A stretch of 64,000 nucleotides of DNA, taken from positions 105,372 to 169,371 of the forward strand of contig CAZELA010000001.1 of the NCBI GenBank assembly GCA_964512835.1, read 5' to 3'. Positions 1 to 9,241 of the stretch are shown here, piece after piece (the stretch's first letter is position 1; the number at the start of each line of letters is the position of its first letter). Under the pieces are notes generated by a model. It searched no databases. It was not told where the DNA came from and was given only the letters and a program-made list of their open reading frames with translations. The translations under genes were made by a program, and so were the position numbers. Origin of the DNA: an uncultured Candidatus Saccharibacteria bacterium. Its GTDB lineage: Bacteria; Patescibacteriota; Minisyncoccia; Phycocordibacterales; UBA2100.

Positions 1-476
1 ACGCATATACCGCCACACAATCAATCGTCGACGCTCCTGCAGCAGACGACTTTCGCCGCGGTCGCGCGGGGGCGCATAACCTTGCACCGTCCTCGACCGG
101 GGCAGCAAAAGCGACCGCACTCGCATATCCCCAGCTTGCGGGTAAGTTCGATGGTATATCGATCCGTGTACCGGTCATTGCCGGTTCAATGGTGGACGTA
201 ACATTCGTCCCGAAACGCGCAACAACCGTTGAAGAAGTAAACAATGCCCTCAAAGCGGCTGCCGCGTCCGACCGCTGGAAACGAGTGTTTGCTGTCTCTG
301 AAGAGCCGTTGGTATCGTCCGACATCCTCGGGCTTCCGTACGGTTCAATTGCTGATCTTGCGATGACACGAGTCGTCGACGGTATGCTCGTGAAGGTGCT
401 TGCCTGGTACGACAATGAAATGGGGTATACGCACACGCTCGTCGAGCACGCGGTTTCTATAGCTTCACGAAAATAG
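1..476 (+). CDS. gap: glyceraldehyde-3-phosphate dehydrogenase, C-terminal part (5' end lies outside the window)
   Basis: Frame-3 translation from nt 3 reads ...APSSTGAAKA...IRVPV..GSMVDVTF...LAWYDNEMGY, the GAPDH catalytic-domain motifs; ORF is open at the window edge and stops at 474-476. Confidence 0.9.
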   Translation, partial: AYTATQSIVDAPAADDFRRGRAGAHNLAPSSTGAAKATALAYPQLAGKFDGISIRVPVIAGSMVDVTFVPKRATTVEEVNNALKAAAASDRWKRVFAVSEEPLVSSDILGLPYGSIADLAMTRVVDGMLVKVLAWYDNEMGYTHTLVEHAVSIASRK

Positions 477-477
477 A

Positions 478-984
478 ATGAAAATTTATTTCGCGGCAGA
501 CCATGCCGGATTCGATCTCAAGAACGTCTTGATGAATTACGTGCGCGGCGAACTCGGTCATGATGTCGAAGACTGCGGCGCGTTCGAAAAAGATCCGAAC
601 GACGACTATCCGGACATTATTGCGGGTGCGTGCCGCATGATTGTGCGTGATATTCACGACGGCATCGAATGTCGCGGCATCATTCTGGGTGCGTCCGGCC
701 AGGGTGAGGCAATGGCGGCCAATCGTTTTAACGAAGTACGCGCCGCCGTCTATTACGGTCCTACAGGTATGCAAACCGATAACGGCGGTTTGTCGCTGGA
801 TATGCTTGCATCGATCCGCGGACACAATGACTCAAACGTGTTGTCGCTCGGTGCACGATTTTTGTCGGAGAATGATGCAAAACGGGCAGTGAAAGCGTGG
901 CTCGAAGCGCCGTTTACGGGTGATGAGCGGCACGTGCGTAGGATCGGAATTCTGGATACACTGCAGGGAAATACCGGCATATGA
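478..984 (+). CDS. rpiB: ribose-5-phosphate isomerase B (RpiB/LacAB family)
   Basis: MKIYFAADHAGFDLK start; GIILGASGQGEAMAANRF and GHNDSNVLSLGARF motifs match RpiB. Confidence 0.85.
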   Translation: MKIYFAADHAGFDLKNVLMNYVRGELGHDVEDCGAFEKDPNDDYPDIIAGACRMIVRDIHDGIECRGIILGASGQGEAMAANRFNEVRAAVYYGPTGMQTDNGGLSLDMLASIRGHNDSNVLSLGARFLSENDAKRAVKAWLEAPFTGDERHVRRIGILDTLQGNTGI

Positions 985-1724
985 AATACCTTTGCGACCC
1001 GCACGTGTTACCCACGAACACCTGCCCGCCCGACCTTGCCGAACTTGAAAAGCGCACTGCCGCTGCCATGGGCTTCGCGCCGGAGATACAGCTCGACGCG
1101 GCAGACGGAGTATTTGCGCCGGTCACATCATGGCCATATTTGGAAGGGCAGTGGACTGGCCTCGAGGAGATGGCTGCTTCCGGAACGAAGCTCCCGCATG
1201 CCGACAAGATTCGATACGAGGCACATTTGATGGTGAATGATCCGCGTCCGTTGGGCACGCTCTTTGCAAAGATCGGTTGCATCCGCATTTTGCCGCACAT
1301 CGAGACCTTCAACGGGGTCGACGACGCGAAGACGATGTTCGCGGAGTGGAAAGCCGCGGGTGCAAGCGAGGTCGGTATATCACTGTTGCTTGATACACCG
1401 CTATCCGAGATCGACCAGTATGCGGACATGATCGACGTCGTGCAGCTGATGTCGATTGCAAAAGTGGGCGCACAGGGTCAACCGTTCGACGAAAGCATCT
1501 ATTCCCGTATCGAAGAGCTTCACGCAACGTATCCCGATATGATGGTGTCCGTTGACGGCGGAGTTGCCGAGAACAACGTGGAAATGCTGACTCGCGCGGG
1601 CGCCAATCGTCTGTGTGTCGGTTCAGCGATCTCGAAGGCAGAAGACCCGGCAGCCGCATACGCTGCTATCCACGCTCGCGCTATGAAAGGGTGTGCGCCT
1701 GTCACCATCGAAATGGGCATGTAG
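981..1724 (+). CDS. rpe: ribulose-phosphate 3-epimerase-like protein
   Basis: EAHLMV, LMSIAKVGAQGQ and VDGGV..VGSAIS motifs of RPE TIM barrel; 4-nt overlap (ATGA) with rpiB; the first metal-binding His is replaced by Gln. Confidence 0.7.
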   Translation: MKYLCDPHVLPTNTCPPDLAELEKRTAAAMGFAPEIQLDAADGVFAPVTSWPYLEGQWTGLEEMAASGTKLPHADKIRYEAHLMVNDPRPLGTLFAKIGCIRILPHIETFNGVDDAKTMFAEWKAAGASEVGISLLLDTPLSEIDQYADMIDVVQLMSIAKVGAQGQPFDESIYSRIEELHATYPDMMVSVDGGVAENNVEMLTRAGANRLCVGSAISKAEDPAAAYAAIHARAMKGCAPVTIEMGM

Positions 1725-1739
1725 CCGCCAACCGCGCGC

Positions 1740-1745
1740 TATACT
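1740..1745 (+). promoter_or_regulatory. -10 element TATACT 6 nt upstream of the tkt N-half ATG (leaderless-type promoter)
   Basis: gcgcTATACTtgtgcgATG; no SD present. Confidence 0.35.
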
Positions 1746-1751
1746 TGTGCG

Positions 1752-2612
1752 ATGGAACCGCTTACAGACGCCGAGGTCCGGGATCTGACCCTGAAGGCGA
1801 ATCAGATCCGTCAGACGGTCATCGAAATGTTGCTTGCTGCAGGATCCGGTCATACCGCCGGTCCGCTTGGCATGGCCGACATATTTACGGCGCTCTATTT
1901 CCGGGTACTCAAACACGATCCGAAAAATCCGAACTGGGCAGACCGCGACCGGCTACTGCTCTCCAACGGGCACATCACGCCCATTCGGTATGCCACGATG
2001 GCTCACGCGGGATATTTTCCCGTCGAGGAGTGTCTCACGCTGCGAAAATTCGGCTCACGACTCCAGGGTCATCCCGAGCGTCACATGTTGCCGGGAGTTG
2101 AAACAACATCAGGTCCGCTCGGTAGCGGGTTGTCACAGGCAGCGGGCATGGCATACGCCGCGCGTATGGACGACAAAAAGTTCCGTATTTTCTGTGCGAT
2201 GTCGGACGGGGAGCACAACGAAGGAAATCTGTGGGAGGCAATGATGTTCGCCGGCAAGAATCGCCTGTCCAATCTGACCGGTATCATCGACCGCAATAAT
2301 ATCCAGATCGACGGCATGACCGAAGACATTATGCCGCTCGAACCGTTCGCGGATAAATACAGAGCGTTCGGATGGCATGTACTCGAAGTGGACGGGCACA
2401 ATATTCCGCAGTTTATAGCGGCGTGTCACGAGGCGCAGGCAATATTTGAGAAACCGACCGTTATCATTGCCCATACAATCCCCGGAAAAGGCGTCAAAGA
2501 GATTGAGGGAGACTACCGCTGGCACGGCAAACCGCCGAGCAAAGACGAGGCAGCACGATTTTTGCAGGAACTACGGACCTTCGGCGGCCAGATGGCGGGT
2601 GAGCATCAGTAG
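1752..2612 (+). CDS. transketolase, N-terminal subunit (split transketolase, TPP-binding half)
   Basis: GSGHTAGPLGMADIF, LSNGH, GPLGSGLSQAAGMA, CAMSDGEHNEGNLWEA motifs of the transketolase N domain; 286 aa only. Confidence 0.9.
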   Translation: MEPLTDAEVRDLTLKANQIRQTVIEMLLAAGSGHTAGPLGMADIFTALYFRVLKHDPKNPNWADRDRLLLSNGHITPIRYATMAHAGYFPVEECLTLRKFGSRLQGHPERHMLPGVETTSGPLGSGLSQAAGMAYAARMDDKKFRIFCAMSDGEHNEGNLWEAMMFAGKNRLSNLTGIIDRNNIQIDGMTEDIMPLEPFADKYRAFGWHVLEVDGHNIPQFIAACHEAQAIFEKPTVIIAHTIPGKGVKEIEGDYRWHGKPPSKDEAARFLQELRTFGGQMAGEHQ

Positions 2613-2621
2613 GAGGGTTTT

Positions 2622-3704
2622 ATGAACATGCAGCGTCTATCCCGCCTCGTTTCCGGTATGCGGGCGGTGTATCTGGCAGCGGGCGCTGTAGCAATTTTTG
2701 CAGCGGTACTGATCGGTGGCACATACCTGCATGTACCGTCGTTCGACGACACATGGAAGATTGCTCAAAAGGAAGAATTTTGGTCCGCGCGTATCGAGCG
2801 GGTGGGGCCGGAGGCGGCCTACAAAGAGATGGTTGCGGACATGGAGGCGACCAAGCCGAAATTGTGGCATCTCAATGCGCATGTCTTCGGCGAAGCGCTC
2901 TATAAGCATGCGGGGACCGCCTCGATGAACGTGTGCGGATCGGAATTCGCATACGGGTGTTTGCACGAAGTATTCAAGTGGATCATTGCAGAACATGGGG
3001 TCGATCCGCTGGCGGCAGAGTACGAAAAGGGATGCGCCTTCGACAGCCACCGGGCACATCAATGTGAGCACGCGATCGGGCACGGTCTGCTTTCGTACTA
3101 CGGATACACACCGCCTGCGCTGCATACTGCGCTCGATATCTGTAAATCGTCGTTCTACAAGGATCCGATCAACGGTTGTGTCGGCGGCGTGTTCATGGAA
3201 TACAACTTATACACGACGCTGGGGCCCGAAGTAAGTGCGCGTGCAGTCACTCATGGTGAGTGGCATGCGCCGTGCACATCACTGCCCGACGAATATAAGA
3301 AGGCCTGTTATACGTGGCTCGCACAGTGGTGGAATGTTGTATTGACGCAACAGAAACTTCCGCGTTCTGATATTGCTGAGCGTTTAGGCGAACTCTGCAG
3401 AGAAGATCCGCACGAGTATATCCTTGATTGCTTTGAACGAGCGGGACAGCAGCTCTCCGACGGGGAGCGTTATGATCCCGCCCGTACTCGAGCAGACTGC
3501 AAACTGGCGGCTGGGGGCAATGCTGCGCAATATGTATCGTGCGTCACCTATGCCGCGTGGGTCACCAACTACGCGAATCCGCAGCTCCATGACGCCGCGC
3601 TTTCGATGTGCGAAGGGCTTCCGAGAGACGACGCTGCATATTGTGATGCCTACGCCCGTGGCGAAAATTCAAAGGGTAAGCCGCTTCCACAGCCTGTCGA
3701 GTGA
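2622..3704 (+). CDS. hypothetical membrane-anchored Cys/His-rich protein (14 Cys), inserted between the transketolase halves
   Basis: AGGAGG RBS 6 nt upstream; N-terminal TM helix, then a Cys- and His-rich soluble domain (e.g. SHRAHQCEHAIGHG); no family recognised. Confidence 0.6.
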   Translation: MNMQRLSRLVSGMRAVYLAAGAVAIFAAVLIGGTYLHVPSFDDTWKIAQKEEFWSARIERVGPEAAYKEMVADMEATKPKLWHLNAHVFGEALYKHAGTASMNVCGSEFAYGCLHEVFKWIIAEHGVDPLAAEYEKGCAFDSHRAHQCEHAIGHGLLSYYGYTPPALHTALDICKSSFYKDPINGCVGGVFMEYNLYTTLGPEVSARAVTHGEWHAPCTSLPDEYKKACYTWLAQWWNVVLTQQKLPRSDIAERLGELCREDPHEYILDCFERAGQQLSDGERYDPARTRADCKLAAGGNAAQYVSCVTYAAWVTNYANPQLHDAALSMCEGLPRDDAAYCDAYARGENSKGKPLPQPVE

Positions 3705-3728
3705 TTCGCGGTATACTTACGAATATCT

Positions 3729-4715
3729 ATGCTGAATCCCGACATGCACATACGTGATGACTGGGCCGCCGTAACCGAAAAGGGTGCCACCCGCGACGGC
3801 TTCGGGAAGGGGGTCGTTGAGGCGGGGCGCGCCGATGAGCGCGTTGTTGTGTTATCCGCAGACCTCGCGGAATCCACGCGGGCTGAATGGTTTCAAAAAG
3901 AATTTCCGAAGCGGTTCATAGAGATCGGCGTTGCAGAGCAGAATCTCGCGACCGTTGCGGCAGGAATGGCGAATTACGGAAAGATCCCGTTCTTTACTTC
4001 GTATGCCGCATTTTCTCCCGGACGTAACTGGGAACAAATCCGCACCACGATCGCACTCAATGATGTGCATGCGGTTGTATGCGGCATGCATGCAGGCATT
4101 TCCGTCGGTCCCGATGGTGCAACCCACCAGATGCTCGAAGATATAGCGATTATGCGAGCGCTACCGAATATGATTGTGATCTCCGCGTGTGACGTCGAAG
4201 AGGCACGAAAGGCAACCATTGCGGCTGCTACGGTAGGAAAGCCTGTCTATATGCGTTTCGGTCGCGAGAAAACGCCCGCGATCACGACCGCAGAAACGCC
4301 GTTTGTGATCGGGAAAGCAAACGTGCTCATATCGCACGATGCACCGAAGGTTGCACTGTTTGCGACCGGTCCGCTCGTGCATGCCGCACTTGTTGCCGCG
4401 TCCGCGCTCGAACAGGAGGGTATTCCGGCCAGCGTGACCAATGTTCATACGATTAAGCCGCTTGATGTGGAGACCATTGCTCGCGAGGCGTCGCGTGCCG
4501 GTGCTGCCGTCACTATAGAAGAGCATCAGACGACCGGAGGAATGGGTAGTGCCATAGCCGAAGCGCTCGCACGCACGACACCGGTTCCGATGGAATTCAT
4601 CGGCGTGCAGGACAAGTTCGGACAGTCCGGTACACCGGACGAGCTGTACACCCATTACAATATGGACGCTGCGCACATTATCGAAGCTGCAAAGAAAGTT
4701 ATTTCACGAATATGA
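3729..4715 (+). CDS. transketolase, C-terminal subunit (pyrimidine-binding and C-terminal domains)
   Basis: FIEIGVAEQNLATVAAGMA, PDGATHQMLEDIAIMRALPNM, FIGVQDKFGQSGT motifs. Confidence 0.9.
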   Translation: MLNPDMHIRDDWAAVTEKGATRDGFGKGVVEAGRADERVVVLSADLAESTRAEWFQKEFPKRFIEIGVAEQNLATVAAGMANYGKIPFFTSYAAFSPGRNWEQIRTTIALNDVHAVVCGMHAGISVGPDGATHQMLEDIAIMRALPNMIVISACDVEEARKATIAAATVGKPVYMRFGREKTPAITTAETPFVIGKANVLISHDAPKVALFATGPLVHAALVAASALEQEGIPASVTNVHTIKPLDVETIAREASRAGAAVTIEEHQTTGGMGSAIAEALARTTPVPMEFIGVQDKFGQSGTPDELYTHYNMDAAHIIEAAKKVISRI

Positions 4716-5737
4716 ATCTGATCCGTTCAGTCTGCTCAGTACTTTTGATCATGCTTGTTGTGCTGCCGCTCACCGCCGGGGCGCAAACATCCGACGAGAT
4801 CATCGCGGATCTGTTACGCACACTCGACGGTACGACGCCGGTCCGAGTTGTTTCTACATCGACGGCTTCCACCACAGCGCCGAAACCCGCGCCGAAGCCG
4901 GTCTCGTACTCAACAGCGGTTCCTACACCGACAAATCAGCCGGTCCTCGGTCCGATGTTTGTATTCGGTATCGACGGCAATGCTCCCCAGGTAGACCCGC
5001 AGGTATCAGGATTGAAGGGGACTGTAGAGCTTCTCATGGTGCAGCTGGAGGCGCTCAGGGCTCCCGCTGCCCCCGCAACGACCACAGCAACGACGACCGC
5101 AACCACGACACCCGTGAAAAAAATGTTCAGTCGCGACCTCACGATCGGTTCCCGCGGCGAAGACGTGTCCCGTTTGCAGACACTCCTTATCGCTCAGGGA
5201 TTTCTTTTTGGTGAGGCGACAGGCTACTACGGCATTCTCACAAAAACAGCGGTGATAGCGTTCCAGACGGAGCATTCGCTGCCGCCGGTCGGGAATGTGG
5301 GCCCGCGTACACGAGTCGTGTTAAATGAGATGCCGACTGAGCCGGGACAAGAATCCGCGCAGCTCATCATCGGTCCGCCTGCGCGCCCGTTCATTGCGTC
5401 GTCCACCAGTGCGATATTGTCCGCATCGTCGACTGCAACATCTACGACCGGTATGGCCTCAACGTCGGTTTCGTTCGATCCGTTCTATCCGCCGGTGTCA
5501 GTTTTTATGTCGGTGCTTCCTCCTGAGGCGCCTGTTGGCGGGTCGTCCGCCGTTACATGGATCTCACAGAACGCGACCAGTTGTCAGGCAAGCGACGGAT
5601 GGGACGGACCCAAGGCAACACTCGGCGCTGCACGCATTGAGCCGCTGCAGTTCACATTGAATCTCGTGCTTACGTGCACCGGTCCGGGCGGAATCGCCAG
5701 CACGACCGCTGTAATTGTGGTTGGTGGGGAGCAATAA
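4712..5737 (+). CDS. secreted Pro/Thr-rich protein with a peptidoglycan-binding domain (PG_binding_1-like)
   Basis: Signal peptide; ATTTATTTATTTP low-complexity segment; LTIGSRGEDVSRLQTLL..GYYGILTKTAVIAFQ matches the PG-binding repeat; ATGA overlap with the upstream gene. Confidence 0.6.
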   Translation: MNLIRSVCSVLLIMLVVLPLTAGAQTSDEIIADLLRTLDGTTPVRVVSTSTASTTAPKPAPKPVSYSTAVPTPTNQPVLGPMFVFGIDGNAPQVDPQVSGLKGTVELLMVQLEALRAPAAPATTTATTTATTTPVKKMFSRDLTIGSRGEDVSRLQTLLIAQGFLFGEATGYYGILTKTAVIAFQTEHSLPPVGNVGPRTRVVLNEMPTEPGQESAQLIIGPPARPFIASSTSAILSASSTATSTTGMASTSVSFDPFYPPVSVFMSVLPPEAPVGGSSAVTWISQNATSCQASDGWDGPKATLGAARIEPLQFTLNLVLTCTGPGGIASTTAVIVVGGEQ

Positions 5738-5756
5738 ATAAGTCAACTCAAACACG

Positions 5757-5786
5757 TAAAATACGGCTCTACAGAGCCGTATTTTA
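5757..5786 (+). terminator. rho-independent terminator (AAAATACGGCTCT-aca-GAGCCGTATTTT)
   Basis: Perfect 12-bp inverted repeat whose T-run is built into the descending arm, immediately after the stop at 5737. Confidence 0.7.
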
Positions 5787-5809
5787 CTATGGACACAGCG
5801 TTGTATAAG

Positions 5810-5818
5810 TGGTATAAT
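5810..5818 (+). promoter_or_regulatory. extended -10 promoter TGgTATAAT
   Basis: TGGTATAAT lies 50 nt upstream of the 5869 ATG, which has a GGGGGT RBS. Confidence 0.4.
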
Positions 5819-5868
5819 AGCGACAGGTTAACTATCGAGTTTCATCCATCAACAACGGGGGTTACCGA

Positions 5869-6552
5869 ATGCAGAAATGGATTCAAAATACCTGGCTCGT
5901 CATCTTGGCGATGTGGGAACCATTCCACCGGCTGCTCGTGTCGTTCAAGTGGCCGATCGCATTTGCGGTCGCCGCTATCGGATCGGTCGCGGCGCTCGCG
6001 ATCGTTGGATTCATGTGGTGGGAGGATGCCTTCAAGCACAAGAAGACCGTCGACGAAAAGCGTATCGAGACCGTGCAGAAGCTGAGGGATGATGAGCGGA
6101 CGTATCTCGCGACCGCCATCATTCGCGATGCGATGCTGACATCGGAACCGATCCGCGTACAGGAAGGTGTCGGTTGGGCTGTCTTGAACTATCGCAAGAA
6201 GTTCAACGTAGATATCCCGACCATCGTGAAAAATTCACTCACGATGCTGCCGTTGAATCACAAAGGCGGCGGACCGTTACTCCCGACGAGCAGTCGCTTC
6301 GTGATGAAAGAGGCGAGCGACGGGCAAATCACCGAAGCGTACGCCTTGGCTGACCGCCTCGTCGCGATGCAGGCCGCTGTCCTTTCGGATCCGGCACTTT
6401 CGTGCGCAACACAATATGTGCGCAAGAAGCGGATCACCTGGTCGCCCTCGAAGGAAATCGTCGAGAAATTCGAGTCATCCGAATACAAGGAGGTGCCGAA
6501 GAGCAACGCTCCGAACCCGGGTGACGGCAGGTTCTTCTGCTACGCAAAGTGA
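5869..6552 (+). CDS. hypothetical membrane protein
   Basis: RBS gggggt; two N-terminal TM helices; no recognisable domain. Confidence 0.55.
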   Translation: MQKWIQNTWLVILAMWEPFHRLLVSFKWPIAFAVAAIGSVAALAIVGFMWWEDAFKHKKTVDEKRIETVQKLRDDERTYLATAIIRDAMLTSEPIRVQEGVGWAVLNYRKKFNVDIPTIVKNSLTMLPLNHKGGGPLLPTSSRFVMKEASDGQITEAYALADRLVAMQAAVLSDPALSCATQYVRKKRITWSPSKEIVEKFESSEYKEVPKSNAPNPGDGRFFCYAK

Positions 6553-6573
6553 TCTGACTCACGCTCTTTGATC

Positions 6574-6607
6574 GAGACCGCTACGGTGTAGCGGTCTCTT
6601 TCTTTTG
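6574..6607. terminator. bidirectional terminator between convergent genes
   Basis: GAGACCGCTAC-ggt-GTAGCGGTCTC followed by TTTCTTTTG; it overlaps the stop codon of the minus-strand gene. Confidence 0.65.
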
Positions 6608-7390
6608 TATGAGTTCTGTTTCCAGAAATTGCAGGATGAGCGCCTGTACATCAGCGCGGCCCTCGCCGTAAAAGATGCCGTGACTTTTGTTATCCAGTAT
6701 AACGGCTTTGTTGCGCGGATTCCGTGCGGTCTGCTCCAGAATCGCATTGCCGCTGTCAGGCCATGCAAGCGAATCCGAGTTGCCGTGCACCGTAAGTACC
6801 GGGGCTTTGATCGTATGCAAAATCTCGTGCACGCGCTGCTTACCCTCAAGCAGAAGCCACAGCGCCTTGCCGGGCATATGTTGATAATAAAACTTTCCGA
6901 CGCGTTCGTTCATTTCTTTCTCAGACAGTTTTTTCTCCCAGGTCCTTTTCAGTCTAAGTAGGTAGGACATGAGCGGCAGATTGAACGGGAATCGCATGTG
7001 ATACGGCATAACGGTTATCACGACGGCTTTCGGAGGGAATTCTGCGGCACACAATAGCGCCAAGTATCCGCCGAAACTATGACCGATCAGCGTGAGCGGT
7101 TTGCCGCTTTGGTACGCCTCGCGCACATGCGCCTGCGCTGCGGAATAGATATCGTCGAACGACAAGGGGAGAAGATCGTCGATAGCGGTTCCGTGTCCTG
7201 GCAAGAGCGGCGCTGTCACGTACGCATTCAGTCGTGTTGCAAGATCCTTCGCAAAATCCCTGAACTCATCGGGGGAGCCCGTATAACCGTGGAGAATAAC
7301 AACGCGATTATCCGCGTCGGGATCGCCGACCGCTATCGGGGACGACATCATCATGCAGGGTAGTGTATGGCTGCGCTCATAGCTCAGCAA
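6581..7390 (-). CDS. alpha/beta-hydrolase fold esterase/lipase
   Basis: HGYTGSPDEF and the GHSFGG nucleophile elbow; a later Asp/His is plausible; the true start may be the internal MMMSSP. Confidence 0.75.
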   Translation of the reverse strand: MLSYERSHTLPCMMMSSPIAVGDPDADNRVVILHGYTGSPDEFRDFAKDLATRLNAYVTAPLLPGHGTAIDDLLPLSFDDIYSAAQAHVREAYQSGKPLTLIGHSFGGYLALLCAAEFPPKAVVITVMPYHMRFPFNLPLMSYLLRLKRTWEKKLSEKEMNERVGKFYYQHMPGKALWLLLEGKQRVHEILHTIKAPVLTVHGNSDSLAWPDSGNAILEQTARNPRNKAVILDNKSHGIFYGEGRADVQALILQFLETELIQKKETATP

Positions 7391-7402
7391 TACCGATGTT
7401 CA

Positions 7403-8398
7403 TTAAGCAAGCGGTGATGCCTTGAAGTCCGCGGGGCGCTTTGCGTACCACTCTTCGATCTGCTCGGGAGTCAGCAGTCCTTTTTGTGCACCGATTTCCT
7501 GTACAACAGACGCAGAATTGATCTGGCCGCGAAGTAATGACTCTTCGAGATTCATACCTTTGTTGAGATACGCGACGCAGGTCGACGCACTCGCGTCGCC
7601 CGCGCCGGTTCGCTCAAGCGGCGGCTTCGGGTCCGGATACATCGGTGCGTGCCACATGGCACCGTCTCGTTCACGGGCATAGCTGCCTTCGCGACCGTCG
7701 GTTATGACTACAAGTTTCGGTCCGAGTGCGGCGAGACCGTTGAGAAGTTCCTTGATGTCGTGCGTTTCCGTCTTGAGGATACGCTGCGACTCTTCTTTGT
7801 TGCAGAAAAATATCTCGGTGTGGCCGTAAATTTCCGCGAGGGCCTCGGTGCCCATTTTCATTTGGAATGTGCCCGGCTGGAACGCGACTTTTACATTCGG
7901 GTGCGCAGCAAGATACTTGCCGAGTTCCTGGTGGTAGGGAAGCGTGCCGTCGGCCATCGACGAGAGGTAGATCCATGCGGGCTCTTCGTCGAGCTGCGGC
8001 ATCGCGTAGTCGAACACCTCGTGCTTGATGAGAATCGTGCGTTCGGATTCGAACCACAATACGTAGTGGTAGTTCGTGATCTTGCCGTCCTGCTTGACGA
8101 TCAGTTCCGTATGCACACCGTTTTTCTCGAGTGCCTTTATGCAGCGCTCGCCGTCTTCGTCGTTGCCCACGTAGGTGCGCAATCCGGAATTCACTCCCAA
8201 GCGTGCGCACGCGACGGCGGCGTTGGCTGAATTGCCGACTCCGTAAATGACCTCGGCGAATTCAAAGGGGATCTTGTCGCCGAACCGCATGGAGATCATG
8301 CAGTTCTCGTTGTTGATATCGCAGGTAACTCGCGCGTCCTTCAATCGGATAAATGCGTCGACGACGGTGTCGCCGAGCGCGAGAATGTCATATTTCAT
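7403..8398 (-). CDS. PfkB-family carbohydrate kinase (ribokinase-like)
   Basis: DILALGDTVVD N-terminal motif and a C-terminal TGAGDA anion hole; start trimmed to MKYDIL (8398), which lies 6 nt after a TATAAT. Confidence 0.75.
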   Translation of the reverse strand: MKYDILALGDTVVDAFIRLKDARVTCDINNENCMISMRFGDKIPFEFAEVIYGVGNSANAAVACARLGVNSGLRTYVGNDEDGERCIKALEKNGVHTELIVKQDGKITNYHYVLWFESERTILIKHEVFDYAMPQLDEEPAWIYLSSMADGTLPYHQELGKYLAAHPNVKVAFQPGTFQMKMGTEALAEIYGHTEIFFCNKEESQRILKTETHDIKELLNGLAALGPKLVVITDGREGSYARERDGAMWHAPMYPDPKPPLERTGAGDASASTCVAYLNKGMNLEESLLRGQINSASVVQEIGAQKGLLTPEQIEEWYAKRPADFKASPLA

Positions 8399-8438
8399 GA
8401 GCGAATTATACCGTATATGGCGCCCGTAAATTACAAAA

Positions 8439-8463
8439 CCGAGACTTTCTGTCTCGGTTTTTG
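8439..8463. terminator. hairpin terminator (CCGAGAC-tttct-GTCTCGG), flanked by A-run and T-run
   Basis: Sits downstream of the minus-strand gene 8507..9091; on the minus strand it reads hairpin + TTTTGTAATTT. Confidence 0.55.
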
Positions 8464-8506
8464 TAAAGAACTTTTCGGCATCCACATTCTGTGTAGCCGT
8501 ACCCGT

Positions 8507-9091
8507 TCAGACGCTGGTCCGCATCGGGGTAACGCATCCTTTTTTGTCGCGATACGCAGTATGCGACCCGAATGTGCCGACGGGCACGAGCGCGCGGTCG
8601 AACCATTTCTGACTCTTTTCGCTGACACCCTTGTTATCGGTCCGCTTGTAGTACCGAACGCACTGCCAACCTTTCGGCATGACGAGCGAGTTGTCCGGAT
8701 CGTTCACGATAGAACGTGCGATCTGAAGAGCGGTTTCCCACTTTTCTTTTTCGCCGCGCTTGGTCGCGATCTTGTGATCGAGTACCCAGCTAAACGCACG
8801 ATCCTGCGCGATGGTTGCGATGACCGACTTCGGCCATTGCTTGTCCTGATCGGCCGCACGCGCGAGCGTGATGAGCGCGATCTTTCGCTGACTGTCGACG
8901 GACTCACCACGACCTTCGTGGTAAATATTTTCGCCGAGCACATACTCCAGCTTTTCGCGCTTACTCGTCATCGTGAAGCTGAAACACAGCAGCGCGATAC
9001 AGAGTGAGCCGGTGAAGGCAGAGGACGCCTTGCTGACCGAAACACGACGGGCGAGGGAAGGGATAGCCTTCAGATATCCAAGGATACGCAT
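8507..9091 (-). CDS. cell-wall hydrolase, SleB/CwlJ (Hydrolase_2) family, membrane-anchored
   Basis: N-terminal TM; HEGRGES...KIALITLAR motif resembles the EARGE..AVA.VVLNR signature; GGAGAAG RBS. Confidence 0.5.
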   Translation of the reverse strand: MRILGYLKAIPSLARRVSVSKASSAFTGSLCIALLCFSFTMTSKREKLEYVLGENIYHEGRGESVDSQRKIALITLARAADQDKQWPKSVIATIAQDRAFSWVLDHKIATKRGEKEKWETALQIARSIVNDPDNSLVMPKGWQCVRYYKRTDNKGVSEKSQKWFDRALVPVGTFGSHTAYRDKKGCVTPMRTSV

Positions 9092-9210
9092 CAGTCTTCT
9101 CCGTACTGGTTACAAATCGGAGGACACTATTGTCCGACTGCAATAGTACCACAAACTGTGGATAAGTCAATACGCGAATTATGAAGCAGGAGAGCCGTGT
9201 TTTGGTCGTT

Positions 9211-9235
9211 TTGACACTTTGTAGCGTGGTAAAAT
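9211..9235 (+). promoter_or_regulatory. promoter with extended -10 TGgTAAAAT; fba ATG 6 nt downstream (leaderless)
   Basis: TTGACActttgtagcgTGGTAAAATcggggcATG. Confidence 0.45.
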
Positions 9236-9241
9236 CGGGGC

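Noticed and set aside
8417-9007. 196-aa plus-strand ORF
   Set aside because: Antisense to the SleB-like gene, which has the signal peptide and RBS.
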